64,000 nucleotides of DNA from an uncultured Candidatus Sumerlaeota bacterium. Lineage in GTDB: Bacteria; CAYMEV01. Under the pieces are notes generated by a model that saw only the letters and a list, made by a program, of their open reading frames with translations, searched no databases and was not told the DNA's origin. A program made the translations under genes and the position numbers. The first letter of the stretch is position 1; each line of letters begins with the position of its first letter. The stretch lies in contig CAYMEV010000009.1 of the NCBI GenBank assembly GCA_964389675.1, positions 62,001-126,000 of the forward strand, given 5' to 3'. Shown piece by piece: positions 39,466 to 48,983 of this stretch.

Positions 39466-40008
39466 TTACCTTTCAATTTCCCATGCCATAACCCCATTGT
39501 TCAGCTTAACGCTCTGCATGGGAAATACCTGCTTGAGCATATCAAGGTAGGGATAATTCCCATCATAAGCAAACCAGCCATCGCTTGCATAATTATAGTG
39601 TATATAATCCCATACAGCTGTCCTGTCAAGGACCCATCCTTCCGGTGTTTTATATAAGAAGTCAGGGCCCAGGCTCCTGTCTTCAGGGTAATATACTATT
39701 GCAAGATCTGATAATATAAAAGTTTTTACAGGTTTGGAAAATTTTTTGGCTGTATCCCTGTACCTTTCTGAAATCTTAATAGAAGAGCCCCTTTTTCTCC
39801 ATTCCATATCAAAAATAGGCAGATCATAGCAATAAATGCCCTTTTCCATAAGCTTTAATTCAAGTCTTACAGTCTCCTCTGGTGTTGGCTGAGGTATATA
39901 GCATGCTTGAAGCTCCTTAATATCAGACTTGCCGGGTTTGCCTCCATAATCTCTTGAGCACATTGCAAAGCATACTGCAAGCATTGCTAATAGCATTATT
40001 TTTCTCAT
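39466..40008 (-). CDS. hypothetical exported/lipoprotein
   Basis: Signal peptide with cysteine; own TATAAT upstream; no known motif. Confidence 0.65.
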   Translation of the reverse strand: MRKIMLLAMLAVCFAMCSRDYGGKPGKSDIKELQACYIPQPTPEETVRLELKLMEKGIYCYDLPIFDMEWRKRGSSIKISERYRDTAKKFSKPVKTFILSDLAIVYYPEDRSLGPDFLYKTPEGWVLDRTAVWDYIHYNYASDGWFAYDGNYPYLDMLKQVFPMQSVKLNNGVMAWEIER

Positions 40009-40152
40009 AGCGCATCCTGCCTGAATGTATCTGATTTATTGACTATTATATCTCTTATATAAGTGTTTTCATCCTGCGCATCCCGGAAAACAGACAGCTT
40101 TCATGGGCTATTTACTGCAGACTGGCAATACATGGATGATGCTATCATCTGA

Positions 40153-41136
40153 TCAGCATTTTGCCCTCTTCAGTTCTTCAACAAAAGCGGGGATAAACTC
40201 AAACAGGTCATCCACTACTCCATAATCCGATATCTCGAATATGGGAGCTTCCGGATCCTTGTTTACAGCAATTATATACTTTGATGGATTCATGCCAACC
40301 TGATGCTGGACAGCACCACTGATGCCAAGAGCTATATACAGGGTCGGTGCGACAATCTTCCCTGTCTGGCCGACCTGATTTGAAAATGGCGCCCATCCCT
40401 GATCTACGACTACTCTCGATGCTCCCAGGCAGGCTCTTCCCTCAAACAGGTCAATAAGCTCTCCAACAGCTGATATCTTATCCTTATCCTGGATGCCCCT
40501 GCCCACTGATATGACAATATCTGCATCTTTAACATCCATGCTTTTGCCAAATGAATCATCCTGTTCATCGATGCCTTCAAATATCCATGAAAGAGAAGGC
40601 ATTAAAAGGTCGTACTCTATTACCTGGACACCCTTTCTATCTCCCTCTGGAGGAATTACTGAAAAGGACTTCTGCCTGAAGGATGCTGCGGCAGGAATGC
40701 CTTCTTCTATATCAGCAACAATCTTATCACCATAGAAAGGTTTTTTTAGACATAATTGCCCGGTAAATGAAAGTCCCGTGCAATTTTCATAAAAACTGCA
40801 TTTTTTTATGAAAGCAATTGAAGGCATAATTATATTTGTCCAATCTGTAGCGGACCCGAAATAAAAGTCATAATCCTCATCCTTCATGAGGCTGATAAGC
40901 GTAGCTTTATGATGTTCAATCTTATTGATGTCTTTAGGTTCTTTTGGAATATAAAGCCTTTCCAGGGAATAATTATTCAGCAGCTCTATCTGATCCTTGC
41001 TCAGGATATCTGGAGAATACCCTGTAATGGAAGTATCATTACCAAAGGTCTCCCTTAGATGAGACAGTATTTCAAAAGCAGATTTCTTTATCCTGGAATC
41101 CGAGGTATCAATAAGCAAAAATATTTTTTTCATCAC
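40153..41136 (-). CDS. etfA: electron transfer flavoprotein alpha subunit
   Basis: VISVGRG, GASR, QVGQTGK, GISGAVQH, AVNKDPEAPIF. Confidence 0.93.
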   Translation of the reverse strand: MMKKIFLLIDTSDSRIKKSAFEILSHLRETFGNDTSITGYSPDILSKDQIELLNNYSLERLYIPKEPKDINKIEHHKATLISLMKDEDYDFYFGSATDWTNIIMPSIAFIKKCSFYENCTGLSFTGQLCLKKPFYGDKIVADIEEGIPAAASFRQKSFSVIPPEGDRKGVQVIEYDLLMPSLSWIFEGIDEQDDSFGKSMDVKDADIVISVGRGIQDKDKISAVGELIDLFEGRACLGASRVVVDQGWAPFSNQVGQTGKIVAPTLYIALGISGAVQHQVGMNPSKYIIAVNKDPEAPIFEISDYGVVDDLFEFIPAFVEELKRAKC

Positions 41137-41145
41137 CCTTCTCCT

Positions 41146-41913
41146 CTATAAAACCTTAATTTCTTCGGATATAATCTCTGCCAGCCTCTTTACTATTTCC
41201 GGCCTTTCCCCTTTAAGAACCTCTGATTTTCTTCTGATTACAGGTACCGTAAGGTTCTGCACTTTTACCAATGAGCCTTTAATAATCTCCGGGTCAATAC
41301 TGACAGTATTAATCTCCTTTTTCTTGGCTTTCATGATATTTTTTAATGAAGGATACCTGGGTTCATTCAATCCTTTTTCGCAGCAGATTATTATTGGCGG
41401 TTCGCCTTTTTTTACAATCTTCCTGTTATCAATAATAGCTTTCATTTCGACACTGTTTTCATCAGGAAAATATTCAAAAGCCACTACAGACGGCATTATT
41501 TTGTAATTTAACAAATCTGCAAGATAAAAGGGAAGAGAAGAGATATCATAATCAATACTCTTTTTGCCTGTGAAAATGAATCCATATCCCTTGTCCTTGA
41601 GTTCATCCGAAAGTATTTTGGCTGATTTGTCTTCTGAAATGTTGTACCAGCTGTCAAGTGAAAGCCTGAAGGCTTCATCTGCTCCAACGCTCAGAGCCCA
41701 TTTCAGCTGTTTATCCGCAGTCTCCGGCCCTATACAGTAGATATCCACTGAGGAGTCTTGCAGCTTTTCCCTCAGCTTCAGAGCTTCCTCTACTGCATAT
41801 TCATCATAAGGATTGACGATAAAATCAATTTCACTTCTGTTAATATCCTTATTAAGGATTCTCAGTTTTGCTTCAGTATCTGGAACACTCCTGATTATTG
41901 CAGCAATTTTCAT
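41146..41913 (-). CDS. etfB: electron transfer flavoprotein beta subunit
   Basis: VPDT, NPYDEYAVEEAL, ALSVGAD, NEPRYPSL..IMKAKKK. Confidence 0.93.
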   Translation of the reverse strand: MKIAAIIRSVPDTEAKLRILNKDINRSEIDFIVNPYDEYAVEEALKLREKLQDSSVDIYCIGPETADKQLKWALSVGADEAFRLSLDSWYNISEDKSAKILSDELKDKGYGFIFTGKKSIDYDISSLPFYLADLLNYKIMPSVVAFEYFPDENSVEMKAIIDNRKIVKKGEPPIIICCEKGLNEPRYPSLKNIMKAKKKEINTVSIDPEIIKGSLVKVQNLTVPVIRRKSEVLKGERPEIVKRLAEIISEEIKVL

Positions 41914-41928
41914 AAATTTCCTCCTTAA

Positions 41929-44900
41929 CTATCCGAGTCTGTATTTCTTTATAAAGTCATTAAGTTTAAATGCCAGGGTATTTGTATTATAGATATCCCT
42001 TTTTAATATTCTTCTGCTGGATTCCTGTTTTGCTGAATCCCTCTTTTCAGGAAAATGCTTTTTCAGCTCGCTATAAAGAAGTTCGAGCATTTCTGTCCTT
42101 AATAGAGATGGCCTTGCAAAAGGCACAGCTTTTAATTCCATATCCTTTCCGTCAAAAAGCCTGAATGTCCCCTTATTATTATAAAATGGAGGAAGCTGTA
42201 AAAAGGGATCATCTGTACCTGGTTCAAACTCATCAATAAAAAACCTGTTTTCAATATTCCTTGCAGCATTATTCACCCTTTCATCAAGGAAAGGATTTTC
42301 TCCATAGAATATTCCGGAGGTAATATCGAGGCCTATGTCTGAATTAAAACCCTCTTCATATAATCCCCTCAGGTTTATTGCATCAGAGAAAATATGAATA
42401 TGAATCTCCTTTGAATTTCTCAGATTTCTTTTAAGAATTGCACAAAGGACTATTGTTTTCAATGAACATGCATTTAAGGCAATAGATATTTTATCATGCC
42501 TTCCTATTCTTTTCAGGATTTCATCTTTGTCCTTCTGAAGTGCATTATAGCCCTGGCAGGATTCAATCTCAGTGATAAATCCGTAAAAATCATCCTTCTT
42601 AAGCTTATCATCAGATATTAGATCCCGAACAACAGCTAAGAGAAGAGCCTCCAAATTTTCTTCCGTTCCGGCATCCAATGAACTGAGCCCGATATTCCAT
42701 ATCTTCTCTGCATCTCCATAAAGGGCGATTATATCCTTATTTGATTTCTTAAGGTTCCTCAAAAGAACATCCATAACCAGGTTGCCATCTTTCCTGTTTG
42801 GATTTGTCGCTATTATAAGGTCTGAACTGGCTAAAACATCAGGAGATTCTGACATTCTTATAATTTCTTCAGGCATATAGGCACTCATTATCCCGGTATA
42901 CTTTACTGAAAGAAGCTCCGAGATGGCTTTTAATATCCTTGCTTCCTCGTTTGTAGCAAATGGAGAAATATATATACCGGCAGATTTTCCATTAATCTTT
43001 CTTAATTTTTCCGCAAAATCAAAGATATTCTTTTTCTGTTTCTCCAATGAACCACTGCTGATATGATCATTTCCCATCCTGGTCAGCCCGAACCTTCCCT
43101 TTGCGCAGAGGCTGAAGGGTGTCAGGCTGTCATTGCCGGCTTTAACGCTTACAGGGATGCCAGCTTTGGAAAGATATGATATACTGCATAAATTAGAACA
43201 CAATATACAGGTGCTTTCATCTTCATCAAAGACAAAAGGCCCGGGAAGCCTTATGGGATATGCCTCTGTAAGAGCCCCTACAGGACATATATCAACACAT
43301 TCTCCGCAGCTGATACAATCAGATTCGAGAAGGGGCCTGTCAAGCACAGGCTGTATTTCAGCATTAAATCCCCTTTTTGTAAAGCTTATTGCCCATACCC
43401 CCCTGATCTCATCACATGCTCTGACACACTTGCCGCAAAGAATACATTTGTTCAGTTCATAGTTTATGAAGGGGTGAATGCTTTTCACAGGCTGGTCACG
43501 GTATTCAACCTTATTCTTATAATGGGATATATCAATTCCATACTTGCCGGCATATTTTTTCAGGTCGCAGTCAAATACTGCAAGACATCCGCAGCTCAGG
43601 CACCTTCCAGTTTCATTATATACATCCTCAGGGCTTAAGCCAAGCTCGACCTCATCAAATGTCAAGTTCCTTTCATCCAGGGAAAGTTCTGGCATCTTCA
43701 CCCTTTTTGTATCATTTTTGATATCAGCCGGTATGTATGTCTTATCGGATAAATTCTTCCTTAATGAATAAAACCTGTTTTCATCTTCAATAAAGCTTCT
43801 GCCTGTAAGATAATTCATAATGCCGTTTGCAGCCTTTCTTCCTTCTGCAATGGCACTGATTGCAATCCATGGACCCGTTGCTATGTCCCCGCCTGCAAAT
43901 ATTCCCGGAATATTGGTCTGTTTTGTATTCTCATCAACTTTGATAGTATTCCATCTTGTGTAGTCAAGCTTCTCTTCAACTGGATCTTCTTCCTTCTGCT
44001 TTGCCAGGCTTATAAAGGCTGTATCTGTCTGCTGGCCTATGGCAGCAATAACAGCATCACATTCTACAAGGTGATCGCTGCCTGAAATTGGGACTGGCCT
44101 TCTCCTTCCTGATGCATCAGGCTCTCCAAGCTCCATCCTAATGCAGTTGAGCCCTGTCAGGGATCCATTTTCATCAGTTTCTGCAGATAAAGGAGCTGAT
44201 AGAAAATGCATTTCAACACCTTCCTTTTCAGCTTCTTCTATTTCAACATCATTTGCTGGCATTTCTTTTCTTGTTCTTCTGTAAAGCAGGATAACCCTTT
44301 CAGCTCCTAACCTTAGCGCAGTCCTTGAGCAGTCGATTGCTGTATTTCCGCCTCCAATAATCATTATATTTCTGCCTTTTATATTATAACATCCTTTCTC
44401 AAAATCTCTTAAAAAGGATATACCCTCAATGATATCAGGATGGTCCTCACCCTTCATCCTCATCGAAGTGCTTTTATGAGACCCGATTCCAATAAATACG
44501 GCATCAAAATCCTGTTGGAGGCTTCTGAGTGTAAAATCCCTGCCCCATTCACTATTTGTATGGATTTTGACGCCCATATCAGTAATGAAGGATATCTCTT
44601 TTGCAAGAATATCCCTCGGAAGCCTGTAGGCTGGAATTCCCCATCTAAGCATGCCCCCCGGTTCCGGCAGTTTTTCAAAAATCTCGCATTCAAAACCGTG
44701 AATGCTTAGATAATATGCTGCAGAAAGCCCTGCAGGCCCGGCACCTATAATAGCTGCTTTTTTCCCGTTAGGTTTTTCCTTATCTTTGATTTTCCGGTAT
44801 TTAGACATCATGTCGATATCAGCGCAATACCTTTTAAGAAAGTCTATAGCCATACCTTCATCAACATCATTGCGCCTGCAGGCAAGCTCGCACGGCCTGG

Positions 44901-45345
44901 TACAAACCCTTCCGCATACAAGGGGAAGGGGGTTTGTCTCTTTGATAAGTTCTATGGCCTCTTCAAATTTTCCCATTGAGGCCAGTGCAATATATCCCTG
45001 GATATCAACCCCGGCCGGACATTCCTGAGTACAGGGTGCAATGCAGTCCGCATAATGGTTTGAAAGAATCAGTTCAAGGGCTGTTCTCCTGGCTTCGATA
45101 ACCTTCTCAGTATTGGTCCTGATCACCATATTATCTGCTGCTGGGGTTGAACAGGATGGCTTTAATGTCCTGAATCCCTCAATCTCTACAACGCACAAAA
45201 AACAGCTTCCATAGGGTTTTAACCTGTTATCATGACAGAGAGTGGGGATATCATCTATATTATTTTCCCTGATAACATCCAGTACAGTCTTGCCAGCATC
45301 TGCAGTATATTCTTTACCATTAATATTAAGATTCAGAAATTTCAT
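41929..45345 (-). CDS. StnC-like multidomain oxidoreductase (2Fe-2S + GltD/NfnL FAD-NADPH module + 4Fe-4S + degenerate NuoG/MopB-like C-terminus)
   Basis: PTLC..CFLC..C; APC..CP, CGRVCTRPCE, IIGAGPAG, IIGGGNTAIDC, YRR, AGGD; CILCGKCVRAC, CISCGECVDICP, CILC..C..CAKGRFG. Confidence 0.85.
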   Translation of the reverse strand: MKFLNLNINGKEYTADAGKTVLDVIRENNIDDIPTLCHDNRLKPYGSCFLCVVEIEGFRTLKPSCSTPAADNMVIRTNTEKVIEARRTALELILSNHYADCIAPCTQECPAGVDIQGYIALASMGKFEEAIELIKETNPLPLVCGRVCTRPCELACRRNDVDEGMAIDFLKRYCADIDMMSKYRKIKDKEKPNGKKAAIIGAGPAGLSAAYYLSIHGFECEIFEKLPEPGGMLRWGIPAYRLPRDILAKEISFITDMGVKIHTNSEWGRDFTLRSLQQDFDAVFIGIGSHKSTSMRMKGEDHPDIIEGISFLRDFEKGCYNIKGRNIMIIGGGNTAIDCSRTALRLGAERVILLYRRTRKEMPANDVEIEEAEKEGVEMHFLSAPLSAETDENGSLTGLNCIRMELGEPDASGRRRPVPISGSDHLVECDAVIAAIGQQTDTAFISLAKQKEEDPVEEKLDYTRWNTIKVDENTKQTNIPGIFAGGDIATGPWIAISAIAEGRKAANGIMNYLTGRSFIEDENRFYSLRKNLSDKTYIPADIKNDTKRVKMPELSLDERNLTFDEVELGLSPEDVYNETGRCLSCGCLAVFDCDLKKYAGKYGIDISHYKNKVEYRDQPVKSIHPFINYELNKCILCGKCVRACDEIRGVWAISFTKRGFNAEIQPVLDRPLLESDCISCGECVDICPVGALTEAYPIRLPGPFVFDEDESTCILCSNLCSISYLSKAGIPVSVKAGNDSLTPFSLCAKGRFGLTRMGNDHISSGSLEKQKKNIFDFAEKLRKINGKSAGIYISPFATNEEARILKAISELLSVKYTGIMSAYMPEEIIRMSESPDVLASSDLIIATNPNRKDGNLVMDVLLRNLKKSNKDIIALYGDAEKIWNIGLSSLDAGTEENLEALLLAVVRDLISDDKLKKDDFYGFITEIESCQGYNALQKDKDEILKRIGRHDKISIALNACSLKTIVLCAILKRNLRNSKEIHIHIFSDAINLRGLYEEGFNSDIGLDITSGIFYGENPFLDERVNNAARNIENRFFIDEFEPGTDDPFLQLPPFYNNKGTFRLFDGKDMELKAVPFARPSLLRTEMLELLYSELKKHFPEKRDSAKQESSRRILKRDIYNTNTLAFKLNDFIKKYRLG

Positions 45346-45359
45346 AACTATTACCCCCT

Positions 45360-47132
45360 CTATTCCTTAGTGATTGCTGAAAATTTACAGCTATCCAGGC
45401 ATTTGCCGCATTTAATGCACAATGACTGATCAATCTCATGAACTTTTTTGGGTTCGCCCCGAATAGCCGAAACAGGGCATACCTTGGAGCAAAGGGTACA
45501 GCCGATACATTTTTCCGGATCAATTTCAAATTTTATAAGGCTTTTGCAGGATCTTGCCGGGCACTTTTTATTGAAAATATGCTCTTCATATTCTTCCCTG
45601 AAATATTTGATTGTAGTAAGCACAGGGTTTGGAGCAGTCTGCCCCAGACCGCAAAGGCTGTTATCCTTTATCTGGGCAGCAAGTTTCTGAAGGAGTTCAA
45701 TATCACCCTCTTCTCCTCTGCCTTCTATTATCCTCTGCAAAATCTCCTCCATTCTCTTTGTACCAATCCTGCAGAAAGTACATTTGCCACAGCTCTCTTT
45801 CTGTGTAAAATCCAGGAAATATTTTGCCACGGCAACCATACATGTATCCTCATCCATTACTATCAGCCCGCCGGAACCCATAATTGCCCCAGTAGCTGTT
45901 ATTGATTCATAATCAATCTTTGTATCACCCATCCTTGCCGGAATACAGCCTCCGGAAGGCCCTCCCATCTGAACTGCCTTGAATTTCTTATCTCCAACTA
46001 TACCGTCGCATATATCATATACTATCTCATTTATTGTAATTCCCATCGGCACTTCAACCAGCCCGCTTCTCTTTATCTTGCCGGCCATTGCAAATACCTT
46101 AGTCCCCTTGCTTTTTTCTGTCCCGTATTTTGAATATTCTTTTGCACCATTTAATATAATCCAGGGGATATTGGCAAATGTCTCAACATTATTAATGTTT
46201 GTGGGCTTTCCCCACAGGCCTTTTTCTGCAGGAAAAGGAGGCCTTAATACAGGCATGCCCCTTTTTCCCTCCACTGATGCTATCAGTGCGGTTTCCTCAC
46301 CGCAGACAAATGCCCCTGCTCCCTCCTTTATATGTATATCGAAGCTGAAATTGCTTCCAAGTATATTTTCACCAAGAAAACCTCTCTCTTCTGAGTCCTT
46401 TATTGCCTTTTTAAGCCTGGCGACAGCTTTGGGATATTCAGCCCTGATATATATATAGCCTTCATCAGCACCAATTGCATAGGCACAGATTGTCATACCC
46501 TCGAGAATGCTGTGCGGGTCCCCCTCCAGTGTGCTTCTGTCCATGAAAGCACCAGGATCGCCTTCATCAGCATTACATATAACATATTTTTTATCTCCCC
46601 TGTTCTTCCTGGCAAAGCTCCACTTAAGCCCGGTAGGGAATCCTCCACCTCCCCTTCCCCTGAGGCCTGATTCCTTGATCTCATTAATGACATCATCATA
46701 TGACATGCTGCCTAATACCTTTTTCAACGCCTGATAGCCTTTATCATGAATATATTCATCAATTGATTCAGGGTCTATAACGCCTGACCTTCTCAGGACA
46801 ATCTTTACCTGCTTTTTAAAAAAGCTGTCATGACTGGTTTCCATTCTATCAGAATGCACAATAAACTCTGTGACAGGAACATTATCAACCAGGTGGCTCT
46901 GAATAATTTTGTCCAGTTTTTTTTCGTCAAGATTACCGTATATATAGTCTCCCTGATCATCAATAATCTCGACTAATGGCTCATTATAGCACATGCCTAT
47001 ACAGCCGGTATGCATCAGATCAATCTTACCTTCCTTTATCAACGGGTGCATTGACAGTTTTTCGTATAATACGCCTGCCCCTGCAGATACTCCGCAGCTT
47101 GACAAACCAACTTTAATTTTCATTTTTATCAC
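45360..47132 (-). CDS. NuoF/HydB/StnB-like NADH-binding flavo-FeS subunit
   Basis: SGLRGRGGGGFPTG, NADEGDPGAF, GAFVCGEET, ESCGKCTFCR, two C-terminal 4Fe-4S motifs. Confidence 0.93.
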   Translation of the reverse strand: MIKMKIKVGLSSCGVSAGAGVLYEKLSMHPLIKEGKIDLMHTGCIGMCYNEPLVEIIDDQGDYIYGNLDEKKLDKIIQSHLVDNVPVTEFIVHSDRMETSHDSFFKKQVKIVLRRSGVIDPESIDEYIHDKGYQALKKVLGSMSYDDVINEIKESGLRGRGGGGFPTGLKWSFARKNRGDKKYVICNADEGDPGAFMDRSTLEGDPHSILEGMTICAYAIGADEGYIYIRAEYPKAVARLKKAIKDSEERGFLGENILGSNFSFDIHIKEGAGAFVCGEETALIASVEGKRGMPVLRPPFPAEKGLWGKPTNINNVETFANIPWIILNGAKEYSKYGTEKSKGTKVFAMAGKIKRSGLVEVPMGITINEIVYDICDGIVGDKKFKAVQMGGPSGGCIPARMGDTKIDYESITATGAIMGSGGLIVMDEDTCMVAVAKYFLDFTQKESCGKCTFCRIGTKRMEEILQRIIEGRGEEGDIELLQKLAAQIKDNSLCGLGQTAPNPVLTTIKYFREEYEEHIFNKKCPARSCKSLIKFEIDPEKCIGCTLCSKVCPVSAIRGEPKKVHEIDQSLCIKCGKCLDSCKFSAITKE

Positions 47133-47619
47133 CTGCCTCTTTTTCTTCCTGCTTATAATAGCTGTCTATTATCTTTTTCAGCTGCTTTGGGGTAAGCCTG
47201 CCGTAGGTCCTGTCATTTATCATGATCACAGGTGCAAGTGAGCAACACCCCAGACATGCTACAGTAAGAAGAGTGAACATTCCATCCTCAGTTGTCTGGC
47301 CGTCTTTGATATTCAGTATGCTTACCAGTTCATCGTAAATCTGCTCTGAATTGTTAATATGGCAGGCTGTCCCGTCGCAGAGCCTGATCACGTTTCTGCC
47401 AAGTGGGATAAGCCTGAACTGGCTGTAGAAAGTTATCACTCCATATATGTGGCTTCTGGATACCTTAGTCCAGAGAGATATCTCGTCAATAGCCTTTTCA
47501 GGTATATACGAGAATTTTTCCTGAATATACTGTAGAAGAGGGATGACTGACCGTGGACTGCCTTCAAAACCTGCTTTCTGCACATAATCAGCTATATTTG
47601 CCGATATTTCCTGTTCCAT
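47113..47619 (-). CDS. NuoE/HydC/StnA-like 2Fe-2S subunit
   Basis: TFYSQF, CDGTACH, CLGCCSLAP; RBS AGGAGG. Confidence 0.92.
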   Translation of the reverse strand: MEQEISANIADYVQKAGFEGSPRSVIPLLQYIQEKFSYIPEKAIDEISLWTKVSRSHIYGVITFYSQFRLIPLGRNVIRLCDGTACHINNSEQIYDELVSILNIKDGQTTEDGMFTLLTVACLGCCSLAPVIMINDRTYGRLTPKQLKKIIDSYYKQEEKEAGDKNEN

Positions 47620-47699
47620 AGCATAAAACCTCCTGCAAAATTTAGCAAAGCCTTTGTCTGACTAGGTTATAGAATTTTATAACATTTTTTTGATATATT

Positions 47700-48983
47700 T
47701 CAAAAATAAATCATGGAGATAATTTCAAAGAGCTTATTTTTGATGCTGATTTTCGAGCTTTTCATCAACCTGTCTAATTCGCCTATACTGAGTATTATGT
47801 TTTTGAGTTTACTGCTTTTATGCCGCGCTGCCCAGATAAATACCTGATAAGCCCTGTAGGGATGAGAAGCAAGTATGTTTAAGCTTCTGTTCTGTACCCA
47901 GGAATCCTCTTTTTTCAGCTGTTCTACAAGATATTCATAGGTTTTTGATTTAAAAACATTATATCCTTTTTTTTCAATATCCTTCAGATTGTACCTATTA
48001 ATAAGCTCTTTCGCAAAAATGGCGTGGTGCAGATGAGAGACCATCTGCGGCAAAAGTATGAAAATGAAACTATCTATGTCGATTCCGTCAATAAGTACAT
48101 TTCCCTGCATTATATCAGTAACTATACCGTATGCAGTATTTAAATCAGAATCAAATATCTCATTAATAACATAGAATATATCAACAGTTGACTCTTTTTT
48201 AACAATTTCAGCAACCGCCTGCTCATTGATCAGGCGGTCCTTTAACAGAGACCTTAGCTTTACCAGCTCGTTCTTTATTGCATCAATCTTATTTGATGTA
48301 AATTCACAAAGCAGGGACACAGCTTCGTCTGTAATCCTTATGTTTTCCTTGTCTGCATATTCTATGATAAAGCTTTTTACTGAGGGAGACACAGTCTGGT
48401 ATCCATAAGCCTTTTTCCCTCTGATCAGATTGATGCATGTACAGCAAGCAGACATGTCCCTCATTTTTGCCTTATTGTCTTTTCCAGATATGAGTATGAA
48501 CAGTAGATTATGATCACTGGAATGCTCATGCAGGAATTTTTCGATATCTACAGAAACATCTGACATATCTAAATCCAGAAGGTTCAGTAGCTTTTCTCTT
48601 TTTGAGAATACAGCAATGCCGTCAAGGCCAAGCTGTTTGTATGTGTTTTTATCCATCCTGTTTACTGCATTATCGATAAAATCATCCAGGTCTGAATCTG
48701 CAGTCAGCTTCTCTATGAATTTCAAAGCCCCAGCAGGGTTTTTATCCATGTTTATGCCTTTTGATACCCTTTCCTTGTCCTCAGCAAAAAGGTTCTCTAT
48801 AATAAATGCCCTTTTTATTCTTATCAGAGGATTTGAAGAGATGGCAAAAAGGAGGCTTTTTATACCTGTTTTAGTAATATCATATTCAAGTATCTGCTTT
48901 ACATCAGGATACATTGATTCAATCTTATTTTTAAGCAATTCAATGCTGTCTGTTTCAACAATGTGGATAAAGCTATTCTTCAT
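47700..48983 (-). CDS. holA: DNA polymerase III delta subunit (long, divergent)
   Basis: ITDEAVSLL..NELVKL..VAEIV..IFYVIN, HPYRAY, LDRLMKSS; rpsT lies in the wider neighbourhood. Confidence 0.7.
   Translation of the reverse strand: MKNSFIHIVETDSIELLKNKIESMYPDVKQILEYDITKTGIKSLLFAISSNPLIRIKRAFIIENLFAEDKERVSKGINMDKNPAGALKFIEKLTADSDLDDFIDNAVNRMDKNTYKQLGLDGIAVFSKREKLLNLLDLDMSDVSVDIEKFLHEHSSDHNLLFILISGKDNKAKMRDMSACCTCINLIRGKKAYGYQTVSPSVKSFIIEYADKENIRITDEAVSLLCEFTSNKIDAIKNELVKLRSLLKDRLINEQAVAEIVKKESTVDIFYVINEIFDSDLNTAYGIVTDIMQGNVLIDGIDIDSFIFILLPQMVSHLHHAIFAKELINRYNLKDIEKKGYNVFKSKTYEYLVEQLKKEDSWVQNRSLNILASHPYRAYQVFIWAARHKSSKLKNIILSIGELDRLMKSSKISIKNKLFEIISMIYF

Noticed and set aside
40108-40158. etfA ends Cys-TGA followed by a small hairpin (GATGAT-AGC-ATCATC) and 14 more sense codons: possible selenocysteine read-through
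   Set aside because: EtfA homology is already complete at this point, I know of no Sec-containing EtfA, and the hairpin is small and close to the UGA for a bacterial SECIS; likely coincidence
41929-47619. Annotation as [FeFe]-hydrogenase, formate dehydrogenase (possibly Sec-containing) or complex I
   Set aside because: No H-cluster motifs, no recognisable Mo-ligand Cys/Sec-His motif or in-frame TGA, and no membrane nuo genes
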